The notes beneath the pieces were generated by a model. That model worked only from the letters and a program-made list of their open reading frames with translations. It had not been told where the DNA came from and did no database searches. A stretch of 64,000 nucleotides of DNA, taken from Ruminococcus sp. (lineage in GTDB: Bacteria > Bacillota > Clostridia > Oscillospirales > Ruminococcaceae). The stretch covers positions 175 through 64,174 of the forward strand of contig SVNL01000004.1 in NCBI GenBank assembly GCA_015066925.1, given 5' to 3'. Both the position numbers and the translations under genes were made by a program. This document shows, piece after piece, positions 54,335 to 64,000 of the stretch. Position 1 is the first letter of the stretch; the number at the start of each line of letters is the position of its first letter.

Positions 54335-55555
54335 ATGTATAAAAAAACAAAAATCAGCAAAATAACATCATTGGTATTATCTGCTGTAATTACGGGATTA
54401 TTCGGTCTTACAGCATATTATGACAGTAAAATCCCCGACAGCTTTTATGTTGAAAAAGGAAAAGAGCTTGAATTGTGCGGATATCCTGCCGTAAGGGAAA
54501 GCGAAACAGTTAATGCGTTTGCTGTAGCTGAAAGGGTGTATCCGGGTACAAAAGAGGTATCGCTGTCATTATTTGGAATTATACCGATAAAAAGTGTAGA
54601 AGTACAGTGCAAGGAGGCTCCGACTCTGATAGCAAGCGGAGAACCATTCGGAATAAAGCTTTTAATGGACGGCGTAATGGTGATAAATCTTGAAAGTATT
54701 AATTCAAATGGACAAAAAATATGTCCCGCAAAGGAAGCAGGGATAAAAAAAGGCGATATAATAAAGTATATAAATAATACTCCCGTAACGTCGAACAGTG
54801 AAATACAGCATATAATAAACGAAAGCAATGGCAACGAAGCCGAAGTGATAGTAAACAGAAGCGGATATGAATTTACAGCAAAGCTTAAACCTGTATATTC
54901 TGAGGAGAAAAAAGGATATTTTGCAGGAATGTGGGTGCGTGACAGTACAGCAGGTATAGGAACTGTAACATTTATAGATAAAGAAACAGGCTGTTTTGCA
55001 GGTCTTGGACACCCCATATGCGATTCTGATACAGGTGAGCTTATTCCAATATCAAGCGGTCAGGCTGTGGAGGTTGAGATATCGGGTGCAGTAAAGGGAA
55101 GAACGGGTTCACCGGGACAGCTTCAAGGATATTTTGTATCAGCAGAACCGATAGGAAATCTTAACCTCAACAACAGCTGTGGAGTATTCGGCAAGCTTTC
55201 CGAATACGGCAGCGAAAGCGTATGCGGCAGGGAATACAAAATGGCATTCAAGCAGGAAATCAGAATTGGAAAAGCGCATATATTGTCAACTGTTTCGGGA
55301 AGTGAGCCGAAAGAATATGAAATAGAGATAGCCGAAATAGAATCCAATTCAGAAAAAACGACAAAGAACATGGTAATACACATTACAGACAAAGAGCTTT
55401 TGGAAAAAACAGGCGGAATAGTACAAGGAATGAGTGGGAGTCCGATAATACAGAATGGGAAGCTTATTGGAGCTGTAACGCATGTATTTGTAGATGATTC
55501 TTCAAGCGGATACGCAATATTTGCAGAAAACATGGTATCATATCTGAAAAGATAA
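54335..55555 (+). CDS. spoIVB: SpoIVB peptidase (S55)
   Basis: PDZ domain, WVRDSTAGIGT, GLGHPICD, GIVQGMSGSPIIQ, GAVTHVF. Confidence 0.95.
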   Translation: MYKKTKISKITSLVLSAVITGLFGLTAYYDSKIPDSFYVEKGKELELCGYPAVRESETVNAFAVAERVYPGTKEVSLSLFGIIPIKSVEVQCKEAPTLIASGEPFGIKLLMDGVMVINLESINSNGQKICPAKEAGIKKGDIIKYINNTPVTSNSEIQHIINESNGNEAEVIVNRSGYEFTAKLKPVYSEEKKGYFAGMWVRDSTAGIGTVTFIDKETGCFAGLGHPICDSDTGELIPISSGQAVEVEISGAVKGRTGSPGQLQGYFVSAEPIGNLNLNNSCGVFGKLSEYGSESVCGREYKMAFKQEIRIGKAHILSTVSGSEPKEYEIEIAEIESNSEKTTKNMVIHITDKELLEKTGGIVQGMSGSPIIQNGKLIGAVTHVFVDDSSSGYAIFAENMVSYLKR

Positions 55556-55561
55556 AACAGA

Positions 55562-55590
55562 AGGCGTTACAATAAGTAACGCCTGAAAAA
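55562..55590. terminator. Terminator hairpin between spoIVB and ptsH
   Basis: aggcgttac-aataa-gtaacgcct, with an A-run after it (U-run on the minus strand). Confidence 0.65.
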
Positions 55591-55615
55591 CATATTAATT
55601 AGATATTGTTGGAGA

Positions 55616-55888
55616 TTATCTGTTTTCGTCGCTGAAACCGCTGTCAACGAGTTCAACGAGAGCGTCAACTGCAACCTGTTCATCAGAACCGTCAGCAATA
55701 ACCTTTATAGTAGTACCGCCAACAATACCGAGTGAAAGAATACCGAGAAGGCTCTTAGCGTTTACTCTTCTTTCTTCCTTCTCGATCCAGATTGATGACT
55801 TGAATTCGTTAGCCTTCTGGATGAAGAATGTAGCTGGTCTGGCATGTAAACCGACCTGATTTTTAACCATTACTTCTTTAACAAACAT
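55616..55888 (-). CDS. ptsH: Phosphocarrier protein HPr
   Basis: GLHARPA (His15), VNAKSLLG (Ser46). Confidence 0.95.
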   Translation of the reverse strand: MFVKEVMVKNQVGLHARPATFFIQKANEFKSSIWIEKEERRVNAKSLLGILSLGIVGGTTIKVIADGSDEQVAVDALVELVDSGFSDENR

Positions 55889-55962
55889 AATCTGACTCTC
55901 CTATTCTCAGTTTATCGGTAACTAAAATATCCGATATCAATTATTGTCAATTGCTGATTTTT

Positions 55963-55991
55963 ATTATACAAGCATTTTTGAGCATAGTCAA
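55963..55991 (-). promoter_or_regulatory. SigA promoter of ptsH
   Basis: TTGACT-17 nt-TATAAT. Confidence 0.7.
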
Positions 55992-56162
55992 CGGATTTTT
56001 CACAACAAATACACTTTTTTAAGTATTTTCTACATTTAGTTTAAATGACGAGTGAAAAAAATCTATCTGATTGTTTATTATCACCACATAAAAATGTTGA
56101 AGTAGTTTGTTTGAAGTGTATAATTTTCAACATACTATTGTGTGGAATATTTATAAATCAGT

Positions 56163-56861
56163 TCACGGTTTATTCATAATGTATTCATTATACAGGTCCG
56201 GACGGCGTTCTTTCGTCAGTTCCAGACTTTTTTCCTGTCGCCATGAATTAATATTTTTATGATGCCCCGAAAGAAGAACAGAAGGAACAGATTCACCCTC
56301 CCATGTTTCAGGACGTGTATAGTGAGGGTATTCAAGCAGTCCACTGTAAATACTTTCTTCGGTAAAGCACTCCTCATTAGAAAGAACACCATTGCACATT
56401 CTTGCAACAGCATCTGTAAGAACCATAGCAGGAAGCTCGCCACCTGTAAGAACGTAGTCACCGACAGAAATTTCTTCATCAACAATTTTATCAATAATAC
56501 GCTGGTCTACACCTTCATAATGTCCACAAATAATCAGAATATTCTCTTTTTTTGAAAGCTCAATGGTTTTTTTCTGAGTAAGAACAGAACCTTTCGGTGA
56601 CATATATATAGTATGCGGTTTTTTACCGATTTGCTCACATATAGCTTTATAGCAGTTATAAATCGGTTCGCACTGCATAACCATACCCATGCCGCCGCCA
56701 TAGGGGATATCATCAACTCTGCGGTGCTTATCAAGAGTATATTCACGAATCTGGTGGCAATATACATCTATTGCGCCTGATTTTCTTGCTCTTCCGATGA
56801 TACTTTCGCCCAGAACAGCCTCACACATTTCGGGGAAAAGAGTAGCAATATCAATTCTCAT
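56163..56861 (-). CDS. trmD: tRNA (guanine37-N1)-methyltransferase
   Basis: TLFPE, VDDIPYGGG, CGHYEGVDQR, GDYVLTGGE. Start MRIDI. Confidence 0.96.
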   Translation of the reverse strand: MRIDIATLFPEMCEAVLGESIIGRARKSGAIDVYCHQIREYTLDKHRRVDDIPYGGGMGMVMQCEPIYNCYKAICEQIGKKPHTIYMSPKGSVLTQKKTIELSKKENILIICGHYEGVDQRIIDKIVDEEISVGDYVLTGGELPAMVLTDAVARMCNGVLSNEECFTEESIYSGLLEYPHYTRPETWEGESVPSVLLSGHHKNINSWRQEKSLELTKERRPDLYNEYIMNKP

Positions 56862-57360
56862 CGAAAAGCCCCTCCAGTTCTCTAATGAGCATAATTTCGT
56901 TGTCGATATCAGTTTCGATAACAACATCGGGAATAGCGGGAATGAGATATGTTTTATTTTCGCCTTTTATTGAATAAACATCATTTGCACCTGTTTGCAG
57001 AACATCATCTATAACACCGTAAATTCTGCCTGTATCAGCATTTTTAACTGTAATACCGATTAAATCCTGAATGAAAAAGGTGTCCTCATCAAGCTCAAGG
57101 TCATCACGGTGCATATAGAGCATTTTGTTGCGGAGTTTTTCTGCATCTTCGGGAGTATTTATATTTTCGAGCTTGGCGATAATCATGTTTTTCTGAATTC
57201 TGGAACGCTCAATGATAATTTCGTCATAATTTTTCCCGATAAATAAGCGGTCGAATTCACAGAACAGCTCAGGGCTGTCACAATACGGCATAATTTTGAC
57301 CTCACCCTTTATACCGTGAGTGTTGACGATTTTTCCTGCTTCAAGGAATTTTTTTTTCAT
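56851..57360 (-). CDS. rimM: Ribosome maturation factor RimM
   Basis: GKIVNTHGIKGEVKI, QDLIG, TGANDVY. Confidence 0.95.
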   Translation of the reverse strand: MKKKFLEAGKIVNTHGIKGEVKIMPYCDSPELFCEFDRLFIGKNYDEIIIERSRIQKNMIIAKLENINTPEDAEKLRNKMLYMHRDDLELDEDTFFIQDLIGITVKNADTGRIYGVIDDVLQTGANDVYSIKGENKTYLIPAIPDVVIETDIDNEIMLIRELEGLFDEN

Positions 57361-57362
57361 AA

Positions 57363-58004
57363 TTAAACATCACAGCCTTTCTGCTGACTTTGAATTTTTG
57401 AATATATACATCCGCAAAACGACTGTCTGTACAGGTTATACTCAGCCGACAGCTGAATAGACCTTTTATAGCCGTTTTTCTTTTTGAAATCTGAAAAAAG
57501 GTATGGAACTCCGTATTTTTCAGATATTTCCTTACCTGCCGAATTTATAAATTCGCTGTCTTTGTGAGGACTGATAGTGAGAGTTGTAGTGAAATAATCT
57601 GCACCGATTTTTTTTGCTGTTTCAGCAGCAATTTCAAGACGGTGAGATATACATTTCTGACATCTTTCGCTTCTTTCGGGCAGGTTTTCGAGTCCCTTTG
57701 CAAGTTTATAGAAAACCTCCGGATTATAATCCCCCTCAATAATTTCAACCGAATTTTTAAGAGGAAGCTCTCTGACAAGTCTTTTTACTTCATCGAGGCG
57801 GTAAAAATACTCCTTATCGGGAGATATATTTGGATTATAGAAAAAGATAACGATATTAAAAAAATGTGTAAGATATTCAAGAACATAGCTGCTGCACGGA
57901 GCACAGCATACATGTAATAAAAGAACGGGAGTTTCCCCGTTCTTATTGATATTACAAATAGTATCATCAAGTATTTTCTGATAATTTGTTTTAGCAATCG
58001 GCAT
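57363..58004 (-). CDS. queH: Epoxyqueuosine reductase (DUF208)
   Basis: LLLHVCCAPCS, FYNPNI, RCQKC, TTTLTISPHK, YRQSFCGC. Confidence 0.92.
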   Translation of the reverse strand: MPIAKTNYQKILDDTICNINKNGETPVLLLHVCCAPCSSYVLEYLTHFFNIVIFFYNPNISPDKEYFYRLDEVKRLVRELPLKNSVEIIEGDYNPEVFYKLAKGLENLPERSERCQKCISHRLEIAAETAKKIGADYFTTTLTISPHKDSEFINSAGKEISEKYGVPYLFSDFKKKNGYKRSIQLSAEYNLYRQSFCGCIYSKIQSQQKGCDV

Positions 58005-58009
58005 ATCGA

Positions 58010-58873
58010 CTAACCTTCCAAATCTTTCAGAGCTTTAAGCTCATCACGATTTACCCTGATTTCAGCGTCACGGATAAGCTTTACGTCATTTCTGTCTGCA
58101 TAAACGGGAACGTCTGATTTTTCGGGCTTGATTTTAAGTCTGCCTGTAATAAGGTTAGCTTCTTCAACGAAGCCCTTCGCGCCGTCAGGAAGAGTAACAA
58201 CAGCGCCTACCTTAGGAGTTATTTTAAGTAAATCCTCATAAGCCTCCTGCTCGTGTTTAAGACAGCACATAAGTCTGCCGCATGTGCCTGAAATCTTAGT
58301 AGGATTGAGCGAAAGCCCCTGTTCCTTAGCCATTTTAATAGAAACAGGCTGGAATTCTCCCATATGCCCTTTACAGCAGAATTGTCTGCCGCATATACCG
58401 AGTCCACCGAGGATTTTAGCTTCATCTCTGACACCGATTTGGCGTAGTTCTATTCTTGTTCTGAAAACAGCGGCAAGGTCTTTAACAAGCTCACGGAAGT
58501 CAATTCTAGATTCAGCTGTAAAATAGAAGAGGAGCTTATTGTTATCGAAAGTACGCTCAACGTCAACGAGATTCATTTTAAGGTTGCGCATAGCGATTTT
58601 TTCTTCACAGATTTTAAATGCTTCCTGTTCCTTTATTTTATTTTTTTCGACTATTTTAAGGTCTTCTTCAGTAGCGATACGAATAATGGGTTTAAGCGGA
58701 ACACTTATTTCGCTGTCATCAATCTGGCGATTAGCGATAACCACTTCACCGCATTCTATTCCTCTTACAGTTTCGACAATAACTTTAGTGCCGATATCAG
58801 CTTTAATATTACCGGGAGCGAAGTAATAAATTTTTCCTACGCTTTTAAAGCGTATACCAATAATTTCAATCAT
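58010..58873 (-). CDS. ricT: RicT/YaaT (PSP1 domain) protein
   Basis: RIDFRELVKDL, RQIGVRDEAK, CGRQFCC, CGRLMCCL; follows holB. Confidence 0.93.
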   Translation of the reverse strand: MIEIIGIRFKSVGKIYYFAPGNIKADIGTKVIVETVRGIECGEVVIANRQIDDSEISVPLKPIIRIATEEDLKIVEKNKIKEQEAFKICEEKIAMRNLKMNLVDVERTFDNNKLLFYFTAESRIDFRELVKDLAAVFRTRIELRQIGVRDEAKILGGLGICGRQFCCKGHMGEFQPVSIKMAKEQGLSLNPTKISGTCGRLMCCLKHEQEAYEDLLKITPKVGAVVTLPDGAKGFVEEANLITGRLKIKPEKSDVPVYADRNDVKLIRDAEIRVNRDELKALKDLEG

Positions 58874-58885
58874 AAAATCTCCAAT

Positions 58886-59869
58886 CTATTGTGAACATAC
58901 AGAAGCTATTTCCGCAGAGAGTGCAGAAAGAACAAGAGTTGTATTAACGTTTGATTCAACAGCATACCATGCCTTATTAACGGCGGAATGAATTTTCATA
59001 GCCTGAGAAGCCGTAATTATATCTGCTAGTCGGTATGCACCTTCTGGATAGCACCCGATTTTTTCGTCATTACCGCATGAAATCACCGCACAATCTCTCA
59101 GCTGTCTGTCGAGCAGTGTGAGAGCTTCTTTAATGGCATTTCTATCCTTGCCGAGCATGTTAAATGCTACAGTAAGACTGTATTCGTCATTGCTTATTAT
59201 ACTATTAACGAGAGTTTTTGTCAATTCCACAGATTTTTGCAGCAGTTCATCTTCAATAAAAGATATACACATACCGATATTTCCGTGAAAGCAGTTAACG
59301 GCAGAATCAATCTGTGAAGAGGTATAACCTCTTTCGGTAAGAGCCTCACGGCACTCATCTTCGGCACACACAGATACTCCGAAGCTTGAACATCTTGAAA
59401 TAATAGTAGGCAGAAAATCATTTTTTGAATTTGCCGTAAAGATAAAGTAAGCGTGTTCAGGCGGTTCTTCAATAATTTTCAGCAGAGTATTCTGTGTTCT
59501 GACGTCCATAGCATGACAGTCGGCGAATATATATATTTTTTTGTCGCTGTTATTCGGCTTAATGAAAGCGTCGCTGCAAATTTGTTTAGCTGTATCAACG
59601 GAATAGCCGCCGAGCTTTCCGCTTTTTTCTGCATAAATAATATCGGGGTGAACGTGGTTTTCGATATTCCTGCAGGTTCTGCAAACTCCGCAGGGCTTTG
59701 AATTTACAGGATTTTCACACAGAAGGAGAGTGCAGTAATATTTTGCGAGTGTTTTACGTCCCGTACCTTTTTCGCCGAAAAAGAGAACGGTTTTAGCAGC
59801 TTTGTTATTTTCGGTCATTTTTTCAAGTAAAGAAACAAGCTGTTGATTTCCGTAAAAATTGAACTTCAT
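58886..59869 (-). CDS. holB: DNA polymerase III delta' subunit
   Basis: GEKGTGRKT, CGVCRTC..HPD, QNTLLKIIEEPP, LPTIISRC. Confidence 0.9.
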   Translation of the reverse strand: MKFNFYGNQQLVSLLEKMTENNKAAKTVLFFGEKGTGRKTLAKYYCTLLLCENPVNSKPCGVCRTCRNIENHVHPDIIYAEKSGKLGGYSVDTAKQICSDAFIKPNNSDKKIYIFADCHAMDVRTQNTLLKIIEEPPEHAYFIFTANSKNDFLPTIISRCSSFGVSVCAEDECREALTERGYTSSQIDSAVNCFHGNIGMCISFIEDELLQKSVELTKTLVNSIISNDEYSLTVAFNMLGKDRNAIKEALTLLDRQLRDCAVISCGNDEKIGCYPEGAYRLADIITASQAMKIHSAVNKAWYAVESNVNTTLVLSALSAEIASVCSQ

Positions 59870-60117
59870 ATTGCACCTCCGATACGAATTTTATAAAAGT
59901 GTCAGACAGATTTCTGCCGGATTTATATTCCGTATTTATAATTATATCATACAGACGATTTTTTTACAAGTAAAAAAAGTGGAAAATCGCTTTTATTGAT
60001 TGTGCAGAATTATATTTGAAAACAGCAAAAAAATGCAAATATTCATTCAAAATTACCTTTGAAAAAAAGTGGTGGAAATGGTAAAATATAAGTATATTCA
60101 AGGTGAGAGGTTTAGTG

Positions 60118-60654
60118 ATGAAAAGTGAAAACAGATTAAACACCGATGTATTTGATGTTGGTGACAACGTATCATACGGTACAGCAGGCATATGTACAAT
60201 AACAGGGATTGAAAAAAGATGCTTTGATGGAGAAAATGAATACGATTACTATATGCTTAGTCCGATAAATTCAAAAACTTCAAAATATTATCTCCCTGTA
60301 ACTAACAGTGAAGGAAAGCTCAGACGACTTCTCAGTAAGGATGAAATTTTTGAGCTTATAGATAAAGCGGCAGAATATGATGACGAGGGCTGGGAAAAGG
60401 ATAGCCGTGAGCGAAAGGCAAAGTTTGATTCGATTTTAAACGGAGATGATTTTGAAAAGCTTCTGAAAATGCTTAAAGCATTATATTTTCAGCAGGAAAG
60501 AAATAAATTGTCGGGAAAGAAGCTTGTAAATTCAGATGAAAACGCAATGAAAGCGGCAGAGGGAATAGTCTTTCAGGAGTTTGCGATAGTGCTTGGAATA
60601 GAATATGAAGATGTAGAAAACTTTATTTTGCAAAGAGCAAAACAAACAAAATAA
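60118..60654 (+). CDS. CarD-family transcriptional regulator
   Basis: FDVGDNVSYGTAGICTITGIE..YYML N-terminal RID domain, helical C-terminus. Confidence 0.82.
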   Translation: MKSENRLNTDVFDVGDNVSYGTAGICTITGIEKRCFDGENEYDYYMLSPINSKTSKYYLPVTNSEGKLRRLLSKDEIFELIDKAAEYDDEGWEKDSRERKAKFDSILNGDDFEKLLKMLKALYFQQERNKLSGKKLVNSDENAMKAAEGIVFQEFAIVLGIEYEDVENFILQRAKQTK

Positions 60655-60660
60655 AAAAAC

Positions 60661-60701
60661 AAATCGGCTGCAAAGCTTTTCATGCTTTGCAGCCGTAATT
60701 T
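60661..60701. terminator. Bidirectional terminator
   Basis: cggctgcaaagc-ttttcat-gctttgcagccg between convergent genes. Confidence 0.8.
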
Positions 60702-61297
60702 TATGCGATTTTTTCTATTCTGCATTTTTCGCAGAGTGGATATTTTGCGGTAAAAGTTTCAATAGCCTGTTTCATTTGCTCAAAGGATTTTCCGTAGAAG
60801 TAAAGTGCAGTTTCCTTATTGCCCTCGAAGTAGCTGTACATAGAACCTAATCCGTTCATTTTTTTATTCATTTTTTCGATAACGTAATTCACATCGCAAT
60901 CCTTGTAAACATTTTCGGGAAGATCTGTACCGTTAAGATAAACAGCCATACCCTCAAGATTACCAAGCTGAACGATGTTATCACCATCATCATTTGAAAG
61001 ACGGCTTCCTTTAGGAAATTCAAACTTATTAAGAATTTCGATAAGCTGATTAAATGTACCGCTGTCCTCGTTATTTAAAACGATATCCACATCACAGCTA
61101 ATGATTTCACCGTTTGTATTGAGAAGAGAACCGCCGCCGTCGATTTCACCTATGCCTGCTGAAATAATTTCGTCATCAATTCTGTCGGCGTATATGTCCG
61201 CTCGGTCAAAAGATTGAAGACGAGCATTAATGTTAAGCGTATAGAAGATATTAACTTTTTTTACAGTCTTTTTTTCTTTTTTCCAAGGAACTCCCAT
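60701..61297 (-). CDS. Hypothetical protein
   Basis: 198-aa ORF with aggagg RBS; no family recognised with confidence. Confidence 0.65.
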   Translation of the reverse strand: MGVPWKKEKKTVKKVNIFYTLNINARLQSFDRADIYADRIDDEIISAGIGEIDGGGSLLNTNGEIISCDVDIVLNNEDSGTFNQLIEILNKFEFPKGSRLSNDDGDNIVQLGNLEGMAVYLNGTDLPENVYKDCDVNYVIEKMNKKMNGLGSMYSYFEGNKETALYFYGKSFEQMKQAIETFTAKYPLCEKCRIEKIA

Positions 61298-61565
61298 AAC
61301 AACCTCCTGAATAAAATTAACAACAATATAGTGTGTTATGAACGCGTAATTAACAAAATAGAAATTATTTGTTCACACTTTATGGATATTATATCACATA
61401 TCTATGTAATAATCAACATACTATTTGCACAAATTTTATAATTTTTTTAGGATAAACTGCTTATAAATTGTCCTATTTGTATTATTTTGTCGTTTTATGA
61501 ATAAAATTTATAAGTAATTCAAATTTAATTACATCCAAAATACTGACAAAGCGAGGTTGATTTCA

Positions 61566-62288
61566 GTGACAAATAAAGAAATATCAGAGGCGGCGGAAAA
61601 ATACCGTCGAGAGATGATGCGTATGTACAATCAAAGCGGAATCAGAAGTGAAAATCAAAGAGGAGAAAATGTTACTCCAAAGCAGGCAGAAATAAATGCA
61701 AATGAAGCCAATGAAAATTCAAAACAGGAAAACACTGTTTCGGAAGTTGAAAGGGTAACCGAAAATGTAAATGAAAATCCGAAAATAAGCGAGGAGCAGG
61801 AATCGGAAATCAAAAACGAACGCTTCCCTGAGCCTGATATTTCAGAGCTTAGTGAAGATATGGAAGATAACGTACAGTTTAACGAAGCACAGCCTGAGAA
61901 TAATGCTGTGGGGTATATTCAGATTGTGGCAAGAACAGGGCTTGACGCATTTCCTGTAAGCAATGCCCTTGTAACAATAAGTTATACCGAAAACGGACAG
62001 CTGATATTTGAAACGAGTCTGATTACCGATGAAAGCGGAAAAACAGAGCGTGTAGAGGTTCCTGCACCGAGTATAAGCTATTCATTGAAGCCGAACGAGG
62101 GAATAAGTCCGTACAGTCTTTATAATATAACGATAGATGCAAATGGATTTTTCCGTCAAAGAAGCGTAAACGTGCCTGTTTTTGAAGGAGTAACTTCGCT
62201 GCAGCAGTTTAATCTTGTACCGCTTCCTTTGTATATGACAGAAAGTGACAGTACTACCGAGATTTATAATCAGGAACCCGAGCTTTAA
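61566..62288 (+). CDS. Protein with a low-complexity E/N-rich linker and a domain resembling the SleC N-terminal (pre-pro) region
   Basis: GYIQIV..PVSNALVTI..TDESGKTERVEVPAP..YS..PYSLYNITIDANGF..VPVFEGVTSLQ; GTG start after gagg. Confidence 0.7.
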   Translation: MTNKEISEAAEKYRREMMRMYNQSGIRSENQRGENVTPKQAEINANEANENSKQENTVSEVERVTENVNENPKISEEQESEIKNERFPEPDISELSEDMEDNVQFNEAQPENNAVGYIQIVARTGLDAFPVSNALVTISYTENGQLIFETSLITDESGKTERVEVPAPSISYSLKPNEGISPYSLYNITIDANGFFRQRSVNVPVFEGVTSLQQFNLVPLPLYMTESDSTTEIYNQEPEL

Positions 62289-62303
62289 TGAGAGGAGTAA
62301 TAT

Positions 62304-63716
62304 ATGCTTACAGGAGAACCGTATATTCCCGAAACAATAACGGTGCATTTGGGTACGCCCGATTCTGATGCACCAAATGTAACGGTTGATTTTCCGACGT
62401 ATATAAAAAATGTTGCGTCAAGCGAGATATATCCTACATGGCCTGAAAGTGCTTTGAGAGCTAATATCTATGCCATAATCAGTTTTGCACTTAACAGGAT
62501 ATATACAGAATGGTATCGTTCAAGGGGATATGATTTTGACATAACGAGTACAACACAGTTTGACCAGAAATTTATAAATAACAGAGAAATATTCGAAAAT
62601 ATAAGCGAGCTTGTAGATGAGCTTTTCAACAGCTATGTAGTAAGACAGGGGAATATAGAACCGCTTTTTACAGCTTTTTGCAACGGTACTACAGTAACGT
62701 GTTCAGGATTATCGCAATGGGGAACAGTTTCGCTTGCACAGCAGGGACTTACTCCGTATGAAATATTACAGCGATATTACGGAGATGATATAAATATCGT
62801 AAGAAACGCACCTGTAATGACAAGAACACGTTCGTATCCGGGTTCAATTCTTCGTCAGGGAGAAGTTTCGAACGACGTAAAACTCATACAGACTCAGCTC
62901 AACAGAATTTCAAGAAATTATCCCGCAATTCCGAAAATACCGTCAATTGACGGCGCATACGGTACATATACAGCCGATGCGGTAAGATCATTTCAGGAGG
63001 TTTTCGGACTTCCTTCAACAGGAGAGGTTAATGAAGCGACCTGGTATAAGATTGCCTATATCTATACGAGCGTAAAAAGACTTGCAGAGCTTAATTCGGA
63101 GGGACTTAATCTTGAAGAGGTGCAAAGACAGTTTCCGGGTGAGCTTCGTTTCGGAATGCAGAGCGTGTTTGTCAGGGAGCTTCAATATTATCTTGCGGTA
63201 ATAGGAGCATATTACGAAAGTGTAGATCCTGTTGAAATAACGGGCTATTTCGGAGAAAAAACAGAGAATTCAGTAAAATCGTTTCAGCGTGTATTCGGAC
63301 TTGAACAGACCGGTATAGTAGACCGAAGAACATGGAATGACCTATACCGTGCATATCAGGGGATAGTGGAAGCTGTACCGGTTGGCGACGAAGATATAGT
63401 TCTTTATCCCGGAACAGTACTTAAAGAGGGTTCAAGCGGAGAATATGTAAAAATTCTTCAGGAGTATCTAACCTTTATACATCAAAGCTATCCGAATATA
63501 CCTGCGGTCAATAATACAGGTTATTTCGGACCGATAACAAGAAATGCCGTAACAGCATTTCAAAATCAGTTCGGTCTTAATCCGGTAGGATATGTCAGCG
63601 CAATAACGTGGAATGAAATAGCGAGTGTTTATTCTGATTTGAAATACGGATTTATAAAACAGCCATATCAATATCCGGGCTATATAATTACATCTGAAAC
63701 GGAGGATGCAAGCTGA
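62304..63716 (+). CDS. sleC: SleC-type spore cortex-lytic enzyme with three peptidoglycan-binding domains
   Basis: IPETITVHLG, YIKNVASSEIYPTWP, ALNRIYTEWY, CNGTTVTC.GLSQWG, then three PG_binding_1 repeats (G..T..AV..FQ..FGL). Confidence 0.85.
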   Translation: MLTGEPYIPETITVHLGTPDSDAPNVTVDFPTYIKNVASSEIYPTWPESALRANIYAIISFALNRIYTEWYRSRGYDFDITSTTQFDQKFINNREIFENISELVDELFNSYVVRQGNIEPLFTAFCNGTTVTCSGLSQWGTVSLAQQGLTPYEILQRYYGDDINIVRNAPVMTRTRSYPGSILRQGEVSNDVKLIQTQLNRISRNYPAIPKIPSIDGAYGTYTADAVRSFQEVFGLPSTGEVNEATWYKIAYIYTSVKRLAELNSEGLNLEEVQRQFPGELRFGMQSVFVRELQYYLAVIGAYYESVDPVEITGYFGEKTENSVKSFQRVFGLEQTGIVDRRTWNDLYRAYQGIVEAVPVGDEDIVLYPGTVLKEGSSGEYVKILQEYLTFIHQSYPNIPAVNNTGYFGPITRNAVTAFQNQFGLNPVGYVSAITWNEIASVYSDLKYGFIKQPYQYPGYIITSETEDAS

Positions 63717-64000
63717 TGGCATATACAAAACAGCAATTTAAAGAACATATAAAAGAGCTTCAGAGGTATCTGCACGGAATATCATATTATAATCCAAGAG
63801 TTCCGACAGTAATTCCCGACGGAATTTACGGAAATGAAACTCAGACAGCTGTAAGAGCATTTCAGCGTGAATATAATCTTCGTGAAACAGGTAAGGCTGA
63901 TATGCCTACGTGGAACAGCATAGTAAGAACTTACAGGAACAATGTAAACTCAGAAGCAGAAATGCTTGATTTGTTTCCGTCAGCAGAATATATTGTAAAA
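63716..64000 (+). CDS. Peptidoglycan-binding domain protein; 3' end outside window
   Basis: ATG overlaps the sleC stop; MAYTKQQFKEHIKELQRYL..DGIYGNETQTAVRAFQREYNL..TG..TW. Confidence 0.8.
   Translation, partial: MAYTKQQFKEHIKELQRYLHGISYYNPRVPTVIPDGIYGNETQTAVRAFQREYNLRETGKADMPTWNSIVRTYRNNVNSEAEMLDLFPSAEYIVK

Noticed and set aside
61440-61550. Sporulation sigma-factor promoter upstream of the sleC locus
   Set aside because: Only weak SigG/SigF-like matches in very AT-rich DNA; cannot be supported by eye.

Overview
Core-chromosome window of a low-GC, spore-forming Clostridia bacterium (gene content and order suggest Ruminococcus/Oscillospiraceae; this is inference). From left to right it holds: the 3' part of a solute-binding lipoprotein gene; trpB2 under a Trp T-box; an apbE-NusGII-Gx-rnfCDGEAB cluster; an XRE regulator; a phosphatase-membrane protein-rluA-luxS run; an M23/LysM/G5 peptidase; the complete S10-spc-alpha ribosomal superoperon (rpsJ to rplQ); a degenerate Spo0A paralogue; CIRCE-groESL; an AAA ATPase-ridA-nadA-hydE run; ilvBNC..ilvD; comF; SRP RNA-TPR-dnaX-ybaB-recR; spoIVB; ptsH; holB-ricT-queH-rimM-trmD; carD; and a split sleC locus. 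I saw no IS, prophage, CRISPR, tRNA or rRNA. The most interesting signals are non-coding or small-ORF. (1) The rpsJ leader ends in a 23-codon uORF whose stop lies 8 nt before an intrinsic terminator. (2) ilvB has an Ile/Val-rich leader peptide plus terminator instead of a T-box. (3) A structured sequence is duplicated between the groES-groEL spacer and the next gene's 5' UTR. (4) A SleC pro-domain is encoded as a separate gene. All calls are by eye and from memory of the families; no searches were run.
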